The notes under the pieces: generated by a model
Seen by the model: the letters and a program-made list of their open reading frames with translations, nothing else
What the model was told of the DNA's origin: nothing
The model's database searches: none
Assembly: GCF_009914755.1 (NCBI RefSeq)
Contig: NC_060936.1
DNA: 64,000 bases
Direction: 5' to 3' (one strand)
Origin: the human T2T-CHM13v2.0 reference genome, Homo sapiens
Shown: positions 53,727-64,000 of the stretch, piece after piece
Numbering within the stretch: position 1 is the first letter of the stretch
Layout: every line of letters starts with the position of its first letter
Made by a program: the position numbers and the translations under genes

Positions 53727-54387
53727 GTAAGTGTCAGTTTCTGTTTGTTTTCCAAAAGCAGCATCTTTTTATGTTTTAACACAGCTGTTGCGCTTGCTCA
53801 GGTGCGTGTCACGTGTTACAGGAGTGAGTGTGAGACGGGTTCTTTTCCCCGAGAACTTAGTACCCCTTGGACAGAGGACGGGACTCACCACTCGTGGAAC
53901 ATTAACACAGCAGCAGCTCCCAGAGCCCATCCAGGCATCACCAAGCTTCTCAGGGCTTGAATTGAGGGGGGTGGAGAGTGAGCGAGGTGAGATGCAGCCT
54001 GCGTGGCTTCCCTGTGCTGCTGAGGGACCCTGCAGGGACCAAGGCCTGTGTGGCTGGAGCAGAGGGCGCTGTGCATGTAAGCCGTAGGCATGGGCAGGTG
54101 GCGGTCTCTGAAGCTGCTCTCAGGTGACCGCTGTAGGCAGGGAGAGCATTTGGAGATTTCAGAAGGGACTAGCATCAGGCGCAAGTGCTGTCTGGGAAGA
54201 CTGGCTCTCAGCAGGTGCCAGCGTCCCGGGGCAGGCAGCGTCACTGCACCGTGACTAGAGCTCAGCTAGGGGTACTGGTGACAGCTGCCCTGTTGGAGGC
54301 TCACCCTGAGCTAGACTTTGCCCTTCGTTCTCTTGTGTCTTTCACCTGGCCCAGTGCTCATGGACTGCCCCAGGCAGGGATAAGGGT

Positions 54388-54490
54388 CTTACTATTAATT
54401 CCATTTTACAGGTTAAGAAACTGAGGCATGTAGGCTAAGTTCCCACCCAAATCCCACAACCAATCAGCTGCAACTCAAGCTAGGATTTGG
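54388..54490 (-). mobile_element. MIR fragment
   Basis: Core ccattttacagg...gaaactgaggc. Confidence 0.65.
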
Positions 54491-55613
54491 GGACCCAGGT
54501 GCTCAGGCTAAGCTGTGTGGGTGCTGGACCCCCACTTTGGGTCTTCCCTGGGAGGGGCTAGCCCTCCACAGCAGAGTGAGTAGAAGTGGATAAAAAACTA
54601 CAGAAGGGTGCTTGGTTTCATTCATGTTCACAAAAATGCAAATTCACTGAGAAGGGTGGTAACACCTAGTGGTAGCCAGGGTACCGGGTTCTTGTTGGAC
54701 AGGAATCAGTGGCCTCTTTTTGGAGAGGATTTTGGTAATTACGCTATGAAAATGTGCACGCTTATTTAACTAAACACCCCCTTATGTCCTGCAGAGATAA
54801 CTGAACATTTACAAAGTGATGAATGTACAAGCTTGTTTGCTTCATGAGTGTTAGAGGAAATTAAATGTCCATTACTAAGAATTTCATTAAGTAAATGATG
54901 TATCATCCAAACAATGGAATATTAAGCAATTTTGAAAGTGGTTTTTTGTAAAGAGAAGAGAAACAGATTTCAAAATATTTATAATTCATGTCATTTTTGC
55001 ACACTTTCACGGTGAGCCACACAGATATGAACAGTGGCTGAAGGCTAAATACCAGTTTTAATATTCAGATATGAGTAGTTTGAGGAGTGTGGGTAATTTT
55101 TACTTTGTATTTTCTTATGTAATCTTAGTCTCTATACATACAAAAATGGAAGTACTTCCATTTACCATTTTTTAAATGGTAACTTAAGAGAAAATGCGGG
55201 ACGGGAGGCTGAGGCAGTCATTTTGAAGTGAGGGACAGGCTGATGTCGAGTGCTCGCTGAAGGAACAGGAAGTGAAAAGCCTTCTGTGGGAAAAACGGGA
55301 CAGGATGCGGTTACTGGTTCAGGAGATGGAGGGAAGTGAAGGTGATGTCCCGTGAGATCACTGACATCTGAACGCAGCAGCATGTGTGATGAGCCTGCAG
55401 GTCTTGCGGGAGCTTCAGAAGCGCGGGCTGACCTGTGACTTGACATTTCCCTGCGGCGTGCAGATCTCTCAGTTTTCCTTTCCTGTTGGGCCACTTTAAA
55501 CTTTGTTGATCTTTGTAAATTTTCTCATGGCATGACCTCTTGTGGAGAAGTATTTGGAAAGACATACCGTGTCCTGAATTTCTCTGGACTCTCCCATTAT
55601 TTCTACTGTTTAG

Positions 55614-55809
55614 ACCCGGGTTCCCACTTCTCAGCTGCAGGCGCAAGGGCAGATGCAGACCCAGGCACCCCAGCCAGCCCAGGTGGCCTTGGCGAAGCCT
55701 CCGGTGGTGTCCGTCCCGGCAGCTGTGGTCTCCTCACCGGGAGTCACCACCCTGCCCATGAACGTCGCGGGGATCAGCGTGGCGATCGGTCAGCCACAGA
55801 AGGCAGCAG
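55614..55809 (+). CDS. EP400: EP400 exon w34 (TRVPTSQLQ...QKAA)
   Basis: gtttag|ACC ... GCAG|gtgccc; 196 nt; phase 0/1. Confidence 0.93.
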
Positions 55810-56201
55810 GTGCCCGCCCCAGCACACCCTCCCGTCCTGGGCTTGAGCCTGGTTTCACAGGCCTCTCTGGTGGCAGTGGTCGCCAGCGACCCGTGTTCTT
55901 TCCTCACACCCACCCACTTGAGCGTGCCATCACGTGTTCTAGCACAAACGTGCCTTGGCGCTTTCCAGGCGCAAGGCTGGGTCCTCAATTGAACTGTTAA
56001 CATTCTGAAATTTCCGTCTTAATTTAAGTGTAATTTGTGAACCCAGAAACATTTTAATGTAGTTAAGGGATGGCTTACTTGTCTCCATAGAGTTTCATAG
56101 TTTGTTATTTTCTGTAGAGGTGAGTCAGTTGGAACAGAGCTTGGCGTGAGCCTCAAGCTCTTTTCCCAGTGTGCTGACTAAGGGGCTTTTGCTGCCTGCA
56201 G

Positions 56202-56326
56202 GACAGACCGTGGTGGCCCAGCCCGTGCACATGCAGCAGCTGCTGAAGCTGAAGCAGCAGGCCGTCCAGCAGCAGAAGGCCATCCAGCCCCAGGCTGCAC
56301 AGGGCCCGGCAGCCGTCCAGCAGAAG
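56202..56326 (+). CDS. EP400: EP400 exon w35 (QTVVAQPVHM...VQQK)
   Basis: ctgcag|GA ... AAG|gtaccg; 125 nt; phase 1/0. Confidence 0.93.
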
Positions 56327-57184
56327 GTACCGGGGCTAGGGGATTCTCACTTCTGGGTCTATGCCAAGCCAAAGCTGGCTGCTGGAGGAGAGGGTCCTAA
56401 GCAGACAAATCCCCATGTGGCGGCTCACGCTTTTCAGAGGGTGGCTTCAAGGGCTGGAGGTGCTAGTGTGGTCATCCCTGTTGGTTTTTCCTTCCTTTAA
56501 AAGGTGAATGCTGTGTGTGATGTGACAAGTGAGGCTGAGGTCTTGGCAGGGGGATGGAGGGGGTATAGTCTGTGAGGATGGCTGGGTGCCAGGTAAGAAG
56601 CCTGCATGGCATTGGGACAGACACAGGGGGTGCAATTGCATGATGGGGGCCAGTGGGCTCAGGGAAGCAGACGCAGCTCACACCACAGGACCCGCCTGGA
56701 CTCCTGCTGGAGGACAGGGATGCCGTACAGTCTGGACCCCAGACAGGGAATGTGGCCTCTGTGCATGTTGGTGGTGAAAGGGGAGATAAACACGCCAGGG
56801 CCCGACGTGGATGGGGGCGCAGCAGGGCACTGGGCTCCAAGGGCGTCTACAGTCTCAGCCAGCTCCCTGAGACGATACCTGTGCCTCTCAGCAGCCAGTG
56901 CTGTGTTGAAGGACGTGAGGGGGACACGGTGGTGAGACAGCTCTGCCTCCAGGGACTTCTGCTCGTGGTGGCTCATCGGTGGCACCCAGCCCAAGTCCCG
57001 GGCTTCGGATGGCTGGTGTGGGCCCTCAGACCCCACGTTCTGTTGGCACTGCTGTCTGGCTAGAGCTAGAAGGCGGGCTCTGATGGGAAGCCACATGGCT
57101 GTGTGGGGAGCTGCCCTGTTCCCTGAGCGCTGTGCTGGACCCCTGCAGGCACCTGGTGCTTATCCTCAAGACGGAGGATGTTGT

Positions 57185-57250
57185 CTTGAGGAAACTGAGG
57201 CTCAGAGAAAAGGACTTGCCCAGATCACAGGGCCAGTAAAAGGCAGCTGG
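57185..57250 (-). mobile_element. MIR fragment
   Basis: gaggaaactgaggctcagaga...gacttgcccagatcacag. Confidence 0.65.
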
Positions 57251-58334
57251 CTGACTCCAGCAGGCCCAGGGTTCTTTGTGCCACACCACCTGGACACTGG
57301 CTGTGCTGTGAGCCGCTGCTACCTCCTGCAGAAGACCAGTGCCCAGGGGCCCTATGGGTGAAGCCCTGCTGGTGTGCAGCAATGGCATGCTCTGTGGGGA
57401 GCTGGAAGCAGAGCTGTCCTTTGGAACCCAGAGGGAGAGGGAGTGAGCACTGAGGGGACACAAAGCCGGGAGGCGCAGGGTGTCTGGGTAGTGCCACCAG
57501 CTCCGCCGTGGCCGGGTTCCAAAGACCAGCCTGCATCCCCACTTGGCACGACCGCTGCAGGGAAGTGCATGTCCTTTGGGTCGGGATGGTCACCTGCATT
57601 TATTTACCTCTGGAAGAAGGAGACAGTGCTGGGACTTACCTCCTGGGCCTGGTCAGCAGTCCCTGGGTGCGTCATGGTGGTCCATGGGCAGACGTGGCCA
57701 TGCTGATGCACAGGTGGGTGTGGTCCCTCAGGCTTGAGCTGTGCTTGAGGGAGCAGTGGAGGGCTGCAGCTGAAGTGCTGGGCTGTGTGTTCCTACGATT
57801 GGACAAAACATCCTTAGATGTTAAAAACCCCTATTTACCCATAAGCATGGCTGATAAAGCAGATACGTAAACGTCAGATGTACACAATATGATCTGCAAA
57901 AATGGTGCATACCAGTTTGTTACCCCGTGTACTAAATATTTTCTTTATGTCTGCCAAGTTTTTACATTGGATTTGAGAGATTGTGATCGCTTTCAGTCAC
58001 CTAAGTAGCAGCCCCGTGCAGGTGTGACAAGGGTGTCAGGGTGCCCCACCAGCCCGACTATTCAGGGAGCAGTGTCCCGGGTGGGGTGGGCTGCAGGCAA
58101 CGGCCAGGCCTCCTGGAGGAGAAGCTGGCGGCCATGCCGCATGGGCAGAGGTAGGCCTGGAGGCAGCGGCAGGGATGGGACAGGGGGCAGGAGATGTGGG
58201 TATGCACAGGGTTGGTCTGGGAGGTAGGCTGGAAAGGGGCTGGGTTCTGCCATAGGGCCCAGAGCGGGCAGGCGTCCCGGGAGTCTTGAGCGCGGCATGG
58301 TCTCTGCGGCCCTAATTTCGCAGTCTCTCCCCAG

Positions 58335-58481
58335 ATCACCGCACAGCAGATCACCACCCCTGGCGCGCAGCAGAAGGTTGCCTACGCCGCGCAGCCGGCC
58401 CTTAAGACCCAGTTTCTTACCACACCCATCTCCCAGGCCCAGAAACTGGCCGGGGCCCAGCAAGTGCAGACCCAGATCCAG
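58335..58481 (+). CDS. EP400: EP400 exon w36 (ITAQQITTPG...QTQIQ)
   Basis: ccccag|ATC ... CAG|gtgagc; 147 nt; phase 0/0. Confidence 0.93.
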
Positions 58482-58983
58482 GTGAGCGGGGAACAGGGTG
58501 AGGGCCCGAGTGTCAGGAGTGGGTGCCCGGCCTTTGGATTGTGTGTCTCGCGGGCTTTGCGAGCTCCCAGCCCTTGCGGCTGCACTGGGTGGTGCACTGG
58601 AGGGAAGTGTTGTCTCCTGGCCTCAGGTTTCAACCCCTCTGGCTCCTGGGAAGGCTCCTCTCTGCCGGGGCCTGTTCCAGCTGTCGCCAGCTTTGCCTTC
58701 ATGTTCTGGACGTCGATCTCCAGCTCTGTGGGGTACAGCTGCCCTCTCCCAGTTCCAGGCTCCTCTTCTCCCTTCCTGGTGTCTTTTTTAAAAATATATT
58801 TTATTTTATTTTTTGATATTTTTTGATATTTCTTGTTCATCAAGTTCTACCTGGTGTCTTTGGGAGAACTGAGTTCCTGATTTCATGTGTGCAGTGTGCC
58901 CTCTCGTCTTCCTCTCTGCCTAGAGCTTTTATGTCCTGCTTCCTCCCAGAGCTTATGGAGTTACCTCCCTGCATCCTTCTCTA

Positions 58984-59155
58984 AGAGCGGGGGAGTGGTA
59001 CCTTCTTAGCTGGTCTTCCACCCTCCTGGAGTTGGTTTTTGGGTATGAGATAGAAACAGGAATTCAGTTAGAGCAGGGGAGTTTTACCTTCTCAGCTAGT
59101 CTTACATCCTCTGGGAATTGGTTTTTGGGTCTGAGATAGAAACAGGAATTCAATT
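58984..59155. repeat. Diverged 86-bp tandem duplication
   Basis: agagc...gagatagaaacaggaattca at 58984 and 59070. Confidence 0.88.
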
Positions 59156-60978
59156 TGATGTGCTCTATGAATACCCTATTTTCAGCCCCATTTATTTAAA
59201 AGCCCAATTCTGTCATCCATCGATCCACAGTGCCGCCTCCACCTGAGATCCTGTGGGGAAGTTCAGGGCTTCTTGTCTCAGAGGCCATGCTGGTCCCACG
59301 GCGCTCTCGCTATGAGCGGCAGTGACACTTGGTGTCTGGAGGGCGAGTCCCCCTACCACACCCTTCCTTGGGTGTAGCGTGCCTATTCTTGGCTCTTTCC
59401 ACTTCTGTGTTAATTTTAGTTAGCTTAGTTCATACACTACAATCAAAACTGCTGAAAGTTTTTATTAGAATTGCATTGATTCTGTAGCTGTTCAGGGGAG
59501 AGTTGACATCTTTACAGTCTTTCCTTCAGATTCACCAATATGATGCATCTTTTGTTACTTAAGTCTTTTTTAATGCCTTTTAATGAAGTTTTCTAATATT
59601 TTGTGAAAGTGTTATAGATTATGTTAGTTTTATTCTTAAGCAATCAGTATTTTTTGATGCTTTTGTAAATGGTATGCTTTTAATTTCCATTTTCTGTCTC
59701 TGGCTGTTGTACATTTTTGTACATTAGTTTTTTATTCTGGCCGCCTTGCTAGATTCTGGTTATTTGAATAATTTATCTTAGGATTTGGTTTTGTTTTGTT
59801 GCATTTCCTTCGTATACAGTTGTATCACCTGTAAATCATGACGATCTACTTCTCCCATCTTAAACCCTTGCTTTCTCCTGCCTTACTGTGCTGGCTGGGA
59901 CCTGCAGCACAGTGGTGAATGTCAGAGTCCGTATTTCACTGTGAAGTAGGGTGTTTGCTGTGTTTTTGTCAGAGTAAGAAAATTCTGTTCTTTTCTACTT
60001 TGCTTGAAGTTTCTGTTCCTCTTTGTTACGGTGCTTTTTGTCTTGTTTAAAGCCCATGTGTATGAACTCCCTCCCTCCCTTACACATCTCCTTTAGCCTC
60101 AAAGCTTTAAGTCCTGTCTCGGTGCGAATGATACCCAGATTCATGTCTGTAGCCACTTACTGTCCTGAGTTCCAGATTCTTCATCCTACCTGCCTTTGAC
60201 AGATCCATGGAGATGTCTGATCCCTCAGGCCTCAGGTGTGTACGCCTGACCTGCTCCTACCAGAGGCTTCCGGCTCAGGAAGGGCAGCTGTCCCTGCAGA
60301 CCTTTAGCCTACTTGAGAAACCCCTACAGTCATCCATACAGGTCCAGCCCATTGGCAGGCAGCTGTGTGTGCTTGACTTCCAGAAGAGACCTGGAGCAGC
60401 CGCTTCCTGTTGCTACTGTCAGCTCCTCCTCCGCACCCTTCCCTGGTTGTTGCCATCTCTCCTGCTTCCTTTTTGCCATCCGTCCCCCAGGAATACTTTG
60501 TGGTTGTGTGGGTGGGTCGGGGGTGTGGGGGTGTGGATGTCTTCTGCAGAGCCCTGCTGCCCACGGCTCCTGGCCTGTGCACCCCTCTGCACTTGCTCCT
60601 CTGCACCTGTGCCCCTACCAGCGCTGCTCACAGTCTCCCTTCCTGCTCAGCTTTTCTGCTCTCTGTTTCTGTATTATCACCTTCAACAAATACTATAAGT
60701 ACTTTGTTCAGGTGATTTTGTCTCCTCCAATAAAGCAAGCCCCATGAGTACAGGTGTGTCCGAGGGCTGTTAGTACAGTGGACAGATGGACTGTTGTAGT
60801 GGGTTATAGTCATTGAATCTTGTGATGTTCAATCATTGTGTTCTGGGGTGACTCACTGGGTCCTGTGGTAGTTGTCATTGTGCATGGATGAGTTCAATTA
60901 CTGCTCTTGTGTGTGTGACCTCACGGCATCGGGGCAGCTCAGCCTCGTTCGTGCGCTCTGCCTGCCTTGTCAGGTCTG

Positions 60979-61099
60979 TTTCTGAGACGCGCTCCTGCTT
61001 GTGTTGCCCAGGGTGGCCTCGAACTCCTGAACTCAAGCAGTTCTCCCTCCTCAGCCTCCGGAGGGCCCGGGACCGCAGGTGTGTGCCACGATGCCGGGC
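60979..61099 (-). mobile_element. FLAM-like Alu monomer
   Basis: gttgcccagggtggcctcgaactcctgaactcaag...gccgggc. Confidence 0.75.
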
Positions 61100-62298
61100 T
61101 TTTGCCAGGGTTTTTACTTCCTTTCCTTTCTTTTATTTTGCTATTCATTTTCTAACTTGTTAAGATGGAGTACCACCTGAGCTTATTTCACAAATTTTAT
61201 TATTTGGTTTTCCTTCAGTCCTAAATGTTTTTGAATTTCCATTTTGATTTCTTATTTACTGCCTGGGTTCTTTTTAGAAGTGTTTCTTAATTTCCAGGTG
61301 AGGTTTTCCAGTTACTTTTTATTATTGACTTAAAAATAAATCTTCATTGTATTGTCAGAGAATGAGGTCTCAATGATTTCAGTCTTTGAAATTTGTTGAA
61401 ACTTGCTATCTAGTCCAGAATACAGTCAGTTTTAAAAAATGGTCTGTGTCCTTCCAGAGCAGTCTTCAGGATGGGTTCACTTGTGAGATGATTTTGTTGT
61501 AACTGGGTCAAGTTTACTGTGTGTGTCATTTCGGTCTTCTGTGTGTCCTGCCAATCACTTGTGTTACTAGTTATTGAGAAGGCGTGTTTAGATGTCCCAT
61601 TCTGAGTATGCCTTTATCTGTTTCTTCTTACCTTTCTCTCTGGTTTTGCTTTATATCTTAGAAGGCTTTTCATTAGCCACATTTAAGTTTAAAGTTTTGA
61701 ATTTTGTTATTTTGAAATGACTCTTACTGTCTTCAGTAATATCTCTGGTCTTGAAGCCTATTCTCCTCACATGAGTAAAGCACCACCCTCCTGTTGGAAG
61801 TTTTTGGTCTGTGTTTTTCCTTCCTTGTTTTCAGCCATTCTCTGTGTGTCCCTCGTCACCTCCTGTGAGCAGCTCGCGGGCAGGTCCGGTGCTGTTGTGA
61901 GGTCAGGCTTTCCATCTCTGACTCTTACCTGAAACACGTGTCCACTTGTCTGTATATAAGGTTGGGTATATTTGAATTTCTGGCTTCTCTTTTGTTTGGA
62001 CTCTGTTTGTCTTGCTTGTTCTGTTTTTTCTTTCCTCCCTTCCTTGCCTTCTTTTGGGCCACCTTCTCTTTTTTTTTTTTTTTTATCAATTCTCCCCTCT
62101 GCCAGTGAAAAATTATATATTTTCTTTCTGTTCTTTAAGTGGTTACCCTAAAATCTCCATGTGCACACTTCTGTATCAGAGTATGAAGTTAACGATGGCC
62201 TCCACCCTCTTCTCCAGCAATGATCTTATCACACAGTAGCTCAGTTTATTCATCTCAAATGCTGCTGTTAGTGTGCGTTTTAATTCTGTCCCTTTTCC

Positions 62299-62589
62299 TT
62301 TTTTTTTTTTTTGACACAGTCTTGCTCCATCGCCTAGGCTGGAGTGCAGTGGCGCGATCTTGGCTCACTGCAACTTCCGCCTCCTGTGTTCAAGCGAGTC
62401 TCCTGCCTCAGCCTCCTGAGTAGCTGGGATTACAGGCACATGCCACCAGGCCCAGCTAATTTTTGTATTTTTAGTAGAGATGGGTTTCACCATGTTGGCC
62501 AGGCTAGTCTCGAACTCCTGACCTCGTGATGCACCTGCCTTGGCCTCCCAAAGTGTTGGGATTATAGGCGTGAGCCACCATGCCCAGCC
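62299..62589 (-). mobile_element. Alu
   Basis: TSD TAATTCTGTCC. Confidence 0.95.
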
Positions 62590-62708
62590 ATAATTCTGTC
62601 CTTTTTCATCTTTGACTTTTTATGTGGAATTACTTTCCTTCCACTTGACCCATCCTTTGGAATTTCCTTTAGTGCTTGAAAATGCCTGTGTGTCACTCTT
62701 GTTCCTGA

Positions 62709-63527
<819 letters not shown>

Positions 63528-64000
63528 TGAGTCATGTCTTTCGCTCTGTCTCCTCAGTCACTCATTTTTCCCTTGGTTAAGTCAAATCTGCTTCAAAGCT
63601 TGTCTGTTGAATTTTTATCTTGATGATTTATTATTTTATTTTCAGAAGTTCCCAAATAATGCCTGGTCTTTGTTTATAGTCTCTTGTTTCCAGGCCTCGC
63701 AGAGTGAGTGAGGTGTTTTTCTGGATCTGGTGATTTCCCTGTCTGAAATGTGCTGCATCTGCGGGGACCCCTCGCAGCCTGGGGCAAAGGTGGAGTTTTG
63801 CTTCCGCGGGCACCTTCAGGTGCCACAGGAACACTGCTTGGTGTGTGGCTCAGGCTTTCACTCAGCTCTCAGGTGTTACCCACCTGGCCTCTGAATCTGT
63901 GTCTCCTCCTCTCTCCTCCCCGGCACTGAGGCTTAGGGCAGGTGCTTTTCTTACAGATGCCACTGGAGGAAGGGGATGCTTTCTTTGCAGCCTTTGGGTA

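Overview
Primate (most likely human) genomic DNA from inside EP400 (E1A-binding protein p400), the SWR1/INO80-class SNF2 ATPase scaffold of the TIP60/NuA4 complex, on the + strand. I traced 36 consecutive GT-AG coding exons (333..58481). They join in phase into one open frame of 5,720 nt (~1,906 codons): the end of ATPase lobe 1, the long insertion, lobe 2, the SANT/Myb domain, Pro/Gln-rich regions and a 30-Gln tract. Start and stop codons lie outside the window. Exon labels w1-w36 are window-relative; from memory they are roughly gene exons 16-51 (unverified). The introns hold the H/ACA snoRNA SNORA49, about 21 Alu-family elements, two antisense solo HERV-K-class LTRs (MER11, LTR13) with 6-bp TSDs, two MaLR LTRs, L1/L2/MIR fragments, a ~1-kb 34-bp minisatellite and many short tandem duplications. 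Most entries in the ORF track are artefacts. I found no new multi-gene system. The most notable observations are: (1) a 54-bp duplication giving exon w15 two identical splice donors with an in-frame stop between them; (2) an Alu carrying a 33-nt insertion copied in inverted orientation from two nearby templates; (3) a UG-rich tract flanked by cryptic splice sites; (4) degenerate ATPase motifs. Repeat subfamily calls are from memory of consensus sequences, not from a search.
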